Source: an uncultured Clostridia bacterium
GTDB lineage: Bacteria > Bacillota > Clostridia > Christensenellales > UBA1242
NCBI GenBank assembly: GCA_944349535.1
Contig: CALVNA010000001.1
Location: 21,325-85,324, forward strand
Reading direction: 5' to 3'
Length of the DNA stretch: 64,000 nucleotides
In this document: positions 35,460-44,814 of the stretch, one piece after another
Position numbering within the stretch: the stretch's first letter is position 1
How the letters are laid out: every line of letters begins with the position of its first letter
Notes under the pieces: model-generated
What the model saw: only the letters and a program-made list of their open reading frames with translations
The model's database searches: none
Told to the model about the DNA's origin: nothing
Position numbers and translations under genes: made by a program

Positions 35460-37334
35460 ATGGAAAATACAGAAAAATTTGAAGCCGTTGTCATTGGTGC
35501 AGGACACGCTGGCTGTGAAGCAGCTCTAGCCCTTGCACGAAAAGGACACAAAACACTACTTCTTTCACTGAACCTAGACGCAGTGGCTTTTTTGGCGTGC
35601 AATCCGTCAATTGGAGGAACAGCAAAAGGTCAACTAGTGTGTGAAATTGATGCTCTCGGCGGAGAAATGGGGGTAAACACAGATAAAACGCTTATCCAAC
35701 TTCGAATGCTCAACCGTGGAAAAGGTCCCGCTGTGCAAAGTTTGCGAGCTCAAGCTGACAAAATTGATTATCACAACCAGATGAAAAAAACTCTTGAAGA
35801 GTGTGAAAATCTTTTTTTGCGACAAGGTGAAGCAATCTCTATAACTGAAAATAAAGATGGCAGCATAACTGTTGAAACTGCTGTTGGTCAAAAATATAAT
35901 GCAAAAGTAGTGGTTTTTGCCACAGGAGTTTATTTAAAAAGCAGAATTATCATTGGTTCTTACACAAAAGACAGTGGTCCAAACGGCTTTTCAAACGCAG
36001 AAAAACTTTCAGACAGCTTGAAAAATCTTGGCATAAAACTTTTGCGTTTTAAAACAGGAACTCCTGCCAGAATCAACGGTCGAAGCATTGATTATTCAAA
36101 ACTGGAAGTTCAATACGGCGAAGAAAACATCCAAAATTTTTCTTTTTTGACAAAAACAAATCCTAACAATAAAGCTGTATGCTATTTAACATATACAAAC
36201 AATCAAACTCATGAAATAATAAAAAACAATCTTGACAGAGCACCTGTTTTTTCTGGTCTTATCAAAGGTGTTGGACCAAGATATTGTCCTTCAATTGAAA
36301 CAAAAATTGTTCGTTTTGCTGACAAAGAGCGTCATCAACTTTTTTTGGAACCTGAAAGTTTGTCAACAAATGAAGTGTATATTCAAGGTTTTTCAACTTC
36401 TATGCCTGTTGATGTGCAAGAGCAAATGATCCACTCTGTTGCAGGGCTTGAAAATGCTGAAATCATGAGAGACAGTTATGCAATTGAATATGATTGCATT
36501 GAGCCAACACAACTTCTTCCAACTCTTCAACTTAAAAATCATAAAAACCTGTATTTTGCAGGTCAAATCAATGGCACTTCAGGTTATGAAGAAGCTGCAG
36601 CTCAAGGCATTATTGCTGGCATAAACGCGGCGCTTTGCCTTGAAGGAAAGGAAGAACTTGTTTTGAAAAGAAGCGATGGCTATATTGGTGTGCTGATTGA
36701 TGATATTGTAACTAAAGGAACAAACGAGCCTTATCGAATGATGACTTCAAGAGCTGAATACAGGTTGTTTTTACGCTCAGATAATGCCGACTTAAGACTG
36801 ACTGAAATTGGCAGAAGCGTTGGTCTTGTAAGTGATGAACGCTGGCAAATATATTTAAATAAAAAGAAATCTCTTGAAAAAATTTTTACTTTGCTCTCGA
36901 AAAAATTTAAACCAGAAGAAATAAAATCTTTTTTTGAAGAAAATGGCGAAAGTGTGCCGAAGGAAAGCATTTCAGTCAAAACAATACTTAAACGCAGCAA
37001 TATTGACGCTTTTAAAATCAATGATAAATTTGGAATTTTTAAAGACTTTGACTATGAAATCATCAACGAAATGAATATTATGGTCAAATATGAAGGCTAT
37101 TTAAAACAACAAGAAGAAGAAATTGAAAAATTTAAGAAAAACGAAAAGATTTTAATACCTCAAAATTTTGATTACAAAAAATATCACGGCTTAAGACTTG
37201 AAGCAGCTGAAAAACTTGATCAAATCAAACCTTTGAATATTGGTCAAGCGTCTCGCATCTCTGGCGTTTCGCCTGCCGATATTGCAGTTTTAAGCGTTTT
37301 GGTGAAAAAATTTGCAAAGGAAAACAATGGATAA
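35460..37334 (+). CDS. mnmG: tRNA uridine-5-carboxymethylaminomethyl synthesis enzyme MnmG (GidA)
   Basis: FAD motif VIGAGHAGCEAA, and GQINGTSGYEEAAAQG. Confidence 0.9.
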   Translation: MENTEKFEAVVIGAGHAGCEAALALARKGHKTLLLSLNLDAVAFLACNPSIGGTAKGQLVCEIDALGGEMGVNTDKTLIQLRMLNRGKGPAVQSLRAQADKIDYHNQMKKTLEECENLFLRQGEAISITENKDGSITVETAVGQKYNAKVVVFATGVYLKSRIIIGSYTKDSGPNGFSNAEKLSDSLKNLGIKLLRFKTGTPARINGRSIDYSKLEVQYGEENIQNFSFLTKTNPNNKAVCYLTYTNNQTHEIIKNNLDRAPVFSGLIKGVGPRYCPSIETKIVRFADKERHQLFLEPESLSTNEVYIQGFSTSMPVDVQEQMIHSVAGLENAEIMRDSYAIEYDCIEPTQLLPTLQLKNHKNLYFAGQINGTSGYEEAAAQGIIAGINAALCLEGKEELVLKRSDGYIGVLIDDIVTKGTNEPYRMMTSRAEYRLFLRSDNADLRLTEIGRSVGLVSDERWQIYLNKKKSLEKIFTLLSKKFKPEEIKSFFEENGESVPKESISVKTILKRSNIDAFKINDKFGIFKDFDYEIINEMNIMVKYEGYLKQQEEEIEKFKKNEKILIPQNFDYKKYHGLRLEAAEKLDQIKPLNIGQASRISGVSPADIAVLSVLVKKFAKENNG

Positions 37335-38034
37335 AAGAGAATTCTTAAAACAAGCATTCAGTTCATACAATATCAATTTGAATGAAACTCAGATTGATAA
37401 GTTTTTGCAGTTTTACGATTTTTTGATTGAAGAAAACCAAAAGTTTAATTTGACGGCGATCACCGACTTTGAAGAAGTTGTTTATAAACATTTTATTGAC
37501 AGTGTCTTACCACACAAGAATTTTAAACAAAACAGTTTGGTTGTTGATGTTGGCTCTGGTGCAGGTTTTCCTGCAATTCCATTAAAAATCTTAAGAGACG
37601 ACTTAAAAATAGTTATGGTTGATTCGTTAAACAAAAGAGTTAATTTTTTAAATCAAGTCATAACTCTTTTATCATTAAAAAACATTTCTGCCATTCATGC
37701 TCGCGTTGAAGACTTTGCAAAATCAAATTTTGAAAAGTTTGATTATTCTCTTTCAAGAGCTGTTGCTCAAACTCCCACTTTGTCTGAATATTTGCTTCCG
37801 CTAGTAAAGGTTGGAGGATATGCTGTTATGTATAAATCTCAAAAGCTTGAAGAAGAACTTGCTGCTTCTGAAAAAGCTATTTCAGTTTTGGGTGGCAAAA
37901 TTGAAAGGATTGAAGAGTTTGAGATTAAAGAATATTTATCGTTGAGAAAAATTTTATATCTATTAAAGTTAAAGAATACTCCAAAATTATATCCTAGAGG
38001 AAAAAATCTTCCAAAAACCAAACCTATTGCTTAA
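37327..38034 (+). CDS. rsmG: 16S rRNA m7G527 methyltransferase RsmG (GidB)
   Basis: NLTAITDFEEV..KHF.DS, and the SAM motif DVGSGAGFPAIPLKI. Confidence 0.85.
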   Translation: MDKREFLKQAFSSYNINLNETQIDKFLQFYDFLIEENQKFNLTAITDFEEVVYKHFIDSVLPHKNFKQNSLVVDVGSGAGFPAIPLKILRDDLKIVMVDSLNKRVNFLNQVITLLSLKNISAIHARVEDFAKSNFEKFDYSLSRAVAQTPTLSEYLLPLVKVGGYAVMYKSQKLEEELAASEKAISVLGGKIERIEEFEIKEYLSLRKILYLLKLKNTPKLYPRGKNLPKTKPIA

Positions 38035-38045
38035 GGCATAAGTGG

Positions 38046-38074
38046 TTGACAAAATAATTTTTAAAATCTATAAT
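38046..38074 (+). promoter_or_regulatory. Consensus sigma-A promoter for dnaA (TTGACA-17-TATAAT)
   Basis: The -35 box is at 38046-38051 and the -10 box at 38069-38074, followed by RBS AAGGAG and ATG 38094. Confidence 0.65.
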
Positions 38075-38093
38075 CTTACTTAAGGAGAAAACT

Positions 38094-39449
38094 ATGCAAG
38101 ACTTAACTTCGCTTTGGCAAGCTGTGCTTGACAAACTTGAACTGAACGTTTCAAATGTTTCTTTTATCATGTGGTTTAAACCGCTGAAAGTTTTAGATTA
38201 TTCAGAAGAAAACAAAAAATTGATTATTTCCACAAATTCTTCTTCTGCAAAAAATCAGATTATGAGAAACTATTTTGAAAAGCTTTCGTCTGCAATCAAA
38301 GATATTTTTGGTCAAAACATTGACATTGAAATTCTAGACCCAAATGAAGAAATTGAATTTATCAAATTGCATGGTGAAAAAACAGTTCAGAAAGAAGTTG
38401 AAGTTGCAAAAAATCCTTTCAATTCAAAATATACTTTTGATAATTTTGTAGTTGGAAAAAGCAATCAGTTTGTTTATGCCGCAGCAAGAGCGGTGGCTGA
38501 GCACCCTGGCGAAAAATTTAACCCTCTGTTTATTTACGGTGGTGTTGGACTTGGAAAAACTCACCTTTTGCACGCTATAGGCAATTATATACACGAATTC
38601 AACCCAAATCTTAAAGTTATGTATGTAACTTGTGAGCAGTTTGCAAACGATTATATTGAAAGTTTGGGTTCAAACACTAAAAACAAAGCTATTCTTGAAT
38701 TTAGAACAAAATATCGAAATCTTGATGTGTTAATGGTTGACGACATTCAATTTATTTCAAAGAAAACTTCCACTCAGGAAGAATTTTTCCACACCTTCAA
38801 TGAACTTTTTCAGAATAACAAACAGATTATAATTTCTTCAGACCGTCCACCAAAAGATATTGAAACTTTGGCTGACAGATTGCGATCACGATTTACTTGT
38901 GGTTTAATTCAAGACATTCAAACTCCAGATCTTGAAACAAGAATTGCAATTTTAAGAAAAAAGTGTCAACTTGAAAAATACGTTATTGATGATGATGTGA
39001 TCGATTTTATTGCAGAAAAAATAAACACCAATATCAGAGAACTTGAAGGTATGCTTTCAAAAGTATATTTCTTGGCAACCTTGATTGGAAAACGTTCAGC
39101 AACCATGGATGAAGCGCGAGAAGCTTTCAACGGTCAGATTGAAGAAGAAAAAAATGAAGGTTTAAACCCCGACCAAATCATTTCAACAGTTTGTCAATAT
39201 TTTGACATTACAAAAGAAGATATTGTTGGAAAAAAGAAAAGCAAAGATGTTGTTGAACCACGAATGATTGCAATTTATTTGATAAGTGAAATCCTTGAAA
39301 TACCTCTTGTTTCAATCGGAAAAATATTTGGCGGACGAGATCACACAACAATCATGCACTCTCGTGATAAAATTTCTGACCAACTCAAAACTTCACACAA
39401 AATTCAATCCTTTGTCAGCGAAATCAAAAAGATGTTGACAAGTGGATAA
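38094..39449 (+). CDS. dnaA: Chromosomal replication initiator DnaA
   Basis: Walker A GGVGLGKTHL, box VII SDRPP, and a C-terminal DNA-binding domain ...GGRDHTTIMHS... Confidence 0.95.
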   Translation: MQDLTSLWQAVLDKLELNVSNVSFIMWFKPLKVLDYSEENKKLIISTNSSSAKNQIMRNYFEKLSSAIKDIFGQNIDIEILDPNEEIEFIKLHGEKTVQKEVEVAKNPFNSKYTFDNFVVGKSNQFVYAAARAVAEHPGEKFNPLFIYGGVGLGKTHLLHAIGNYIHEFNPNLKVMYVTCEQFANDYIESLGSNTKNKAILEFRTKYRNLDVLMVDDIQFISKKTSTQEEFFHTFNELFQNNKQIIISSDRPPKDIETLADRLRSRFTCGLIQDIQTPDLETRIAILRKKCQLEKYVIDDDVIDFIAEKINTNIRELEGMLSKVYFLATLIGKRSATMDEAREAFNGQIEEEKNEGLNPDQIISTVCQYFDITKEDIVGKKKSKDVVEPRMIAIYLISEILEIPLVSIGKIFGGRDHTTIMHSRDKISDQLKTSHKIQSFVSEIKKMLTSG

Positions 39450-39732
39450 CATGAAAAATTGTTCCACAACTTGTCCACAATTCGTTTTTCAAAATAAAGA
39501 AAATTTTTAAGCAATTTATACAATAAAAACACAATATATAGTGAAACAAAAAAGTTATCCACATTTATACATTCACTATTAAAATTATTATTATTTTATC
39601 AAATAAAAAAATAAGTTATCTTAAAAATCTGCCCAAAAACAAAGGCGAAAAAATATTTTAAAAAATAGCCAAAAATGTTGATAAAAATTTTAATTTATGA
39701 TAAAATTGTTTTTGTAAGAAGGAGATGTTTTT
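39441..39732. other. oriC-like dnaA-dnaN intergenic region (DnaA boxes + AT-rich unwinding region)
   Basis: AGTGGATAA at 39441-39449 (8/9), TGTTCCACA at 39460-39468 (7/9), TTGTCCACA at 39471-39479 (8/9), and TTATCCACA at 39555-39563 (9/9). These are followed by ~150 bp of almost pure A/T. Confidence 0.7.
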
Positions 39733-40833
39733 ATGTTAGTAAATTGTCAAGGGCTTGACCTTTCTGAAGCTTTTTTAAGAGTTAGCAAAGCTATTTCAAA
39801 CAAAATCACAAATCCAATTTTGGAAGGAATAAAGATTGTTGCTGAAGACGGAACTTTGACTATGAGTGCCACAGACAGCGAGCTTTAAATTGAAAAAAAA
39901 ATCAAAGCAGATGTGAAAATTGAAGGTGAAACAGTTGTTCCAGGGCGTTTTATCACAGAATTTGTTAAAAAACTCACAAATTCTGAAATTGAACTTTCTT
40001 TAAACGAAAAAAATCAACTTGTTATAAAATACGAAGATAGCCAAAGTATGATTCAATGTTATAACCCTATCGAGTATCCTGGTTTTAAAAAAATAGAAAC
40101 AAATCAATATTTTGGAATAACAAAAAAGGATTTTAAAACTTGTGTAAACAAATCGATTTTTGCAGTTGCAACAGATGATTCAAGACCAATTCTTAAAGGT
40201 GTGCTTTTTGATATCGACAAGAATGAACTCAGCACAGTAGCTCTTGATGGATACAGACTTGCAAGAGTAAAAAAGAACATTGTTTCAAACATCAAAAAGT
40301 CAATAGTTGTGCCAGCAAGAAGTTTGAGTGAAATTTCAAAACTGATTGATGATAGCGATGAAATGATAAATATTTATATTGACACCTACACTATCATGAT
40401 TGATCTTGGTGATACAAAAGTTACCTCAAGACTTTTGGAAGGAGATTATATAAATTACAAACAAATAATTCCAATGAATTATGAAACTTTTGTTGTGATA
40501 AACAAAGAACAATTTGAAGAAGCTCTTGAAAGAGCAACACTTCTTTCAAAAACGTCTCAAAACAACTTTGTGAAATTTGATATCAAAGAAAATAATATTT
40601 GCATAACATCAAACAGTGACCTTGGAAATATCAAAGAAAACATACCAGCAAATGTTTCAGGAAAAGATTTGGTAATTTCGTTTAATCCAAGATATTTTCT
40701 TGAAAGTTTGAGAGTTAACACAAACGAATTTGTAAAAATTTGTTTCAATCAACCTTCATCACCTTGCGTGATTGTTCCAACAGAAGAAGATGAATTTTTG
40801 TATCTCATCTTGCCAGTTAGAGTGATTGGTTAA
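39733..40833 (+). CDS. dnaN: DNA polymerase III beta sliding clamp, interrupted by in-frame TAA at 39886-39888 (codon 52)
   Basis: RBS AAGGAG then ATG 39733, reading MLVNCQGLDLSEAFLRVSKAISNKITNPILEGIKIVAEDGTLTMSATDSEL*IEKKIKADVKIEGE... in a single frame. The track only lists the 3' part from GTG 39913. Confidence 0.85.
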
Positions 40834-40938
40834 AAATAAAAAGCATTGACTAAGTTCAATGTTTTTTTTGTTTTAAATTTAAAGAATATCGTTTTGAAAA
40901 AGAATAAAAAAATGATAAAATATTTATAGGAGAAAATT

Positions 40939-41460
40939 ATGAATTATTTTGAAAAAGAAAATATGATTTATTTTGCAAAATTGAAGGAGAAAGCTGTGAT
41001 TCCAAGCAAAAAGGATGAAGATGCAGGATATGATATTTATGCCTGCTTTGATGAAGATTTTGTAAAAATAGGGGCAAATCAAACAAAGTTGGTGCCAACA
41101 GGTGTGGCATGGGCATGCAGTCCAAATTTTTATCTTCAAATTGAAGAAAGATCCAGCACAGGAACAAAAGGAATAAAAAAAAGTGCAGGGGTGATTGATA
41201 GTGGATATCGTGGAGAGATAAAAATTGCAATAACAAACGCAAACGACAGAGATCTGTTTTTTTCAAACCTTGATGAAGAAGAGTTAAGAAAAAAATATGA
41301 CGTATCAGAAAACGCAATAGTTTACAACACAAAAAAAGCGATTGCTCAAGGAATTATACACAGGGTTGAAAAGATGCAAGTCGAAGAACTTTCTTATGAA
41401 GAGTTGTTAAATATAAAGTCTGAGCGTGGAGATAAAGGTTGGGGAAGCAGTAATAAATAA
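40939..41460 (+). CDS. dut: dUTP diphosphatase
   Basis: AGYDIYA, GVIDSGYRGEI, and a C-terminal RGDKGWGSS. Confidence 0.85.
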   Translation: MNYFEKENMIYFAKLKEKAVIPSKKDEDAGYDIYACFDEDFVKIGANQTKLVPTGVAWACSPNFYLQIEERSSTGTKGIKKSAGVIDSGYRGEIKIAITNANDRDLFFSNLDEEELRKKYDVSENAIVYNTKKAIAQGIIHRVEKMQVEELSYEELLNIKSERGDKGWGSSNK

Positions 41461-41469
41461 AAAAGAAGA

Positions 41470-41781
41470 TTAAAACCAATAATCTTCTTTTTCTTCTTTA
41501 TCATAGATGATTTCAAATTCTTCAACCAAATCTATTATTTCAAGTTTTTCATCTACAAGTTTTTTCAGCTTTCCAATATCTATTTTTAATTCCATATTAG
41601 AGCCATTTGCAAGTCTTTTAAGCAGATTTGAAACAGTTTTTGTTGAGATTGTTTGAGCCTTTTCTTTTTCTTTTATAAGTTCTATAAACAAAATTGAGTT
41701 GTTTCCACTTTCAATAGCAATTTGAATTTTTTTATTTGACTTAAATTTATTTTTAACTTTACTCAAAATAACCGTGTTCAT
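41470..41781 (-). CDS. Hypothetical protein (103 aa)
   Basis: Complete ORF with RBS AGAGGT. No recognisable motif. Confidence 0.4.
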   Translation of the reverse strand: MNTVILSKVKNKFKSNKKIQIAIESGNNSILFIELIKEKEKAQTISTKTVSNLLKRLANGSNMELKIDIGKLKKLVDEKLEIIDLVEEFEIIYDKEEKEDYWF

Positions 41782-41870
41782 TTTAACCTCTTTCTAAAAT
41801 ATATATTCATTAAACAGAAAAAATATGACAAAATAATAAAATTTAGTAAAATAAAAAATGTATATTATAA

Positions 41871-41899
41871 TTGACAAAATCACTTTTATTCTTTATAAT
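41871..41899 (+). promoter_or_regulatory. Consensus sigma-A promoter for the rpmH operon (TTGACA-17-TATAAT)
   Basis: The -35 box is at 41871-41876 and the -10 box at 41894-41899. Confidence 0.6.
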
Positions 41900-41930
41900 A
41901 AAGTAGTTACAACTTAAAAAGGAGGCAATT

Positions 41931-42065
41931 ATGAAAAGAACATATCAACCTAAGAAAAGACAAAGAAGCAAAGTTCATGGTTTTAGAAAAAGAATGCAAA
42001 CCAAAAGCGGAAGAAATGTTTTGAAAAGAAGAAGAAATCGTGGAAGAAAAAAACTCTCTGCTTAA
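41931..42065 (+). CDS. rpmH: 50S ribosomal protein L34
   Basis: Not in the ORF track (44 aa). [55 protein letters not shown]. Confidence 0.95.
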   Translation: MKRTYQPKKRQRSKVHGFRKRMQTKSGRNVLKRRRNRGRKKLSA

Positions 42066-42414
42066 CACAAAAGTAAGGTCAGACCATAGACTTAAAAAAG
42101 ATAAACAATTTTCATATATATTTCGTAAAGGAAAAAGAAAATCAACAGACAACTTTACTCTTTACTATATTGAAAGCAAGTTTGATAATTATAAGATTGG
42201 CTATTCGGTTTCAAAGAAACAAGGAAAAGCTGTTGTAAGAAACAAACTTAAAAGAAGACTTAAAGAGATTGTAAGAAAAGAAAAACTTGCTTTAAACAGA
42301 TATAATTATGTTTTATATGCTCGAGAAGGAGCAAGCAGACTTGATTTTAAAGATCTTTCAAATCAAATAAAGAAGTTGTTTGAAAAATTTTATAAAGAGG
42401 AAAACAAAATTTGA
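42040..42414 (+). CDS. rnpA: Ribonuclease P protein component
   Basis: ...[16 protein letters not shown]...[16 protein letters not shown]... The start is uncertain (GTG 42040 overlaps rpmH). Confidence 0.8.
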   Translation: MEEKNSLLNTKVRSDHRLKKDKQFSYIFRKGKRKSTDNFTLYYIESKFDNYKIGYSVSKKQGKAVVRNKLKRRLKEIVRKEKLALNRYNYVLYAREGASRLDFKDLSNQIKKLFEKFYKEENKI

Positions 42415-42668
42415 AAAATCCTTTTTCATATATCTTAAAAATACCTGTTTATTTTTATAAATATTGTTTATCTCCAATTCTGCCACATCAATGCAAATTT
42501 ACACCAAGTTGTTCAAACTATTTTCTTCAAAGCGTTGATAATTTTGGATTTTTTAAAGGTGGAATTCTTGGTGTTAAAAGAATTCTAAGATGTGGGCCTT
42601 GGAATAAAAATTGTGGATATGACCCTGTTCCTATAAATATTAAAGGAGAACAAAAATGGCTATTTTAA
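42411..42668 (+). CDS. yidD: Membrane protein insertion efficiency factor YidD
   Basis: CKFTPSCSNY...CGPWNKNCGYDPVP. Confidence 0.85.
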   Translation: MKNPFSYILKIPVYFYKYCLSPILPHQCKFTPSCSNYFLQSVDNFGFFKGGILGVKRILRCGPWNKNCGYDPVPINIKGEQKWLF

Positions 42669-43942
42669 GTTTTTTATTGTCTGTAGCAGAGCCATCGGGT
42701 TTTTGGATAACCATTATCAGAGCGTTTGAAAATGTAACAAACAACTATGTTTTAGCAATCATATTTTTGACAGTTGTTATTAAACTGATTTGGACACCTA
42801 TTGACATGTTTAACAGGCGAAGTCAACAAAAGATGTCTGCAGTCCAAGCAAAAATGCAACCTGAGCTGGAAATTATAAACAAAAAATATGCAAAAGATCC
42901 AAATTTATTAAAACAAAAGCAGAACGAGGTTTACAAAAAATATAATAGCAAAAGTATGGGCGGTTGCTTTTTAATGCTGCTGTTTATGGCGTTAAACTTG
43001 ACAATATTCTTTACCTTGTTTTCTGGCCTTAACACCATGGGAGCTTACCGAATAAGTGAAAGCTATGATTATTTAAAATACAGTTATGCAAATGTTTTGG
43101 AAGTTACAAATGTTTATATTAGTCAAGAAAATTCAAATGTAAGCATTTTTGAAAATCCTGAAAATATTTCTTTTGTTATTGATGAAGAGTCTAAGGAAAT
43201 TATTCTTTTTAATGGACAAACAGAACTTGCAAGAAGCGAGTATAAAACAGACTTTTCATATCAAACAGAAGAAGAGGGTGAAGAAGTTCAAACAGTTACA
43301 ACAAATGATTATTTAAACAATTTGTTGAACAACTTTGATGAAATAACAATAAGAGAAACAGTTGTTGAAGGCAGTGAAGAAACAGAAAAATATACTTTGA
43401 AAAATGCAGTTACTGATGCATCGGCAGAGTTTATAGTGTCAAGATATCAGTCAAACAAAGAAAGCTTTTTATGGATTGATAACATTTGGATTTCAGACAG
43501 TCCATTTAATCAATCTATTGTGAATTATAGCGGATATGTTGGCCAAATAGGCGAAAGCAATGTGCAGGCAGGCGAAGAAACAATTTATAACGCATTTATT
43601 CCAAAGCTTCAAGAAACACAAAGCAGAGTTAATGGTTATTTTATTTTACCAATTCTTTGTATTTTAGTAAGTATTTTGTCTATAATTCTTTCAAGCCGAC
43701 TAGGAAGAAAAAAACAAACTGCAGGACCAAAACAGAATAAATGGCTGATGATAATAATGCCTGTGATCTTTGGAGTTTTTGCATTATTCTATAACAGTGT
43801 TTTTGCGATATATATGCTAACAAGCCAGCTTATGAGCGCTATAACATTGCCTTTACAGAATTTGATATTGAATGCAATAGACAAACGGAAGAAGAAAAAA
43901 GAAGAAGAAAAAGTTGAAATAGATTATACAAGAAAATTTTAA
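42656..43942 (+). CDS. yidC: YidC/Oxa1-family membrane insertase with an enlarged extracytoplasmic loop
   Basis: Core helices and the FLWIDNIWISDSPF motif are present. About 160-200 extra residues precede that motif. Confidence 0.8.
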   Translation: MAILSFLLSVAEPSGFWITIIRAFENVTNNYVLAIIFLTVVIKLIWTPIDMFNRRSQQKMSAVQAKMQPELEIINKKYAKDPNLLKQKQNEVYKKYNSKSMGGCFLMLLFMALNLTIFFTLFSGLNTMGAYRISESYDYLKYSYANVLEVTNVYISQENSNVSIFENPENISFVIDEESKEIILFNGQTELARSEYKTDFSYQTEEEGEEVQTVTTNDYLNNLLNNFDEITIRETVVEGSEETEKYTLKNAVTDASAEFIVSRYQSNKESFLWIDNIWISDSPFNQSIVNYSGYVGQIGESNVQAGEETIYNAFIPKLQETQSRVNGYFILPILCILVSILSIILSSRLGRKKQTAGPKQNKWLMIIMPVIFGVFALFYNSVFAIYMLTSQLMSAITLPLQNLILNAIDKRKKKKEEEKVEIDYTRKF

Positions 43943-43956
43943 ACGGAGGGATAAAA

Positions 43957-44742
43957 ATGATAAGTGTTGAAGCTGTTGGAAAAACAATTGAAAAAGCTAT
44001 AGAAAACGCACTTTTAGAGCTTAAAGCGCCGAGAGAAGATGTTGACATCAAAATTTTGAGCGAAGGCGGAATATTTAAAAAAGCGAAAGTCTTGGTTTCA
44101 ATAAGCGAAGATGCTCTTCCAAAATATGAAAAACACAAAAAATTTGTAAAACAAGAGCAAGAAAAAGAAGTTTCGGAAGAAGCAAAAAAGGAAACTAAAA
44201 AAATTGTTAAAGAAGAGCTCAAAGAAGAGAAAAAGGAAGAAAAAGAAAAGATAAAAATCGCGAAAAAAGAAGAAAAAGAAGCTGAAAAAGAAGAAAAAAC
44301 TTCAAAATATTGCGATCCAGAAGAGTTTTTGAGTGAGCTTTTCAAAATTTTAGGAAAAGAAGTTGAAATTTCAACCCTTGAACAAGAAAAGTATATCACT
44401 TATATGGTAAACGGAGAAAATCTTGGCGAAGTGATTGGACATCGCGGAGAAGGATATTATGCATTAAACACTCTTTTGAAGCAAGTGTCAAAAAAAGGCG
44501 ACAAAAAAATACTTCTTGATATTGGAGCTTTTAAGGAAAAAAGAGCAGAAAGTTTGACACAGCTTGCAAAACGCCTTGCAAACAAAGTGGCAAAAACAGG
44601 AAGATTTATTAAACTTGACCCAATGAATCCAAGCGACAGAAGAATTGTTCATACCGCCCTTCAAGACGACGACCGAGTTACAACACTCAGTAAAGGCAGC
44701 GAACCAAAAAGACAGGTAATCATTTTCCCTAAAGGAGAATAA
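43957..44742 (+). CDS. jag: Jag/KhpB RNA-binding protein (Jag_N-KH-R3H) with a Lys/Glu-rich linker
   Basis: N-terminal VEAVGKTIEKAIENAL, and C-terminal R3H ...PMNPSDRRIVHTALQDD. Confidence 0.8.
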   Translation: MISVEAVGKTIEKAIENALLELKAPREDVDIKILSEGGIFKKAKVLVSISEDALPKYEKHKKFVKQEQEKEVSEEAKKETKKIVKEELKEEKKEEKEKIKIAKKEEKEAEKEEKTSKYCDPEEFLSELFKILGKEVEISTLEQEKYITYMVNGENLGEVIGHRGEGYYALNTLLKQVSKKGDKKILLDIGAFKEKRAESLTQLAKRLANKVAKTGRFIKLDPMNPSDRRIVHTALQDDDRVTTLSKGSEPKRQVIIFPKGE

Positions 44743-44750
44743 AGATTGTT

Positions 44751-44784
44751 AAAAAATATCTTAACAAAAGTTAAGATATTTTTT
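44751..44784. terminator. Bidirectional terminator between jag and mnmE
   Basis: AAAAAATATCTTAAC-AAAA-GTTAAGATATTTTTT, a perfect 15-bp stem. Confidence 0.7.
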
Positions 44785-44814
44785 TAATTTAATAGTAAAA
44801 AAGTTAAAAAAATT

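Noticed and set aside
43839-44399. 186-aa Ser/Phe-rich minus-strand ORF.
   Set aside because: It is the antisense frame of the Lys/Glu-rich (AAG/GAA) linker of jag and the end of yidC. There is no RBS, and the jag frame has clear domain motifs.
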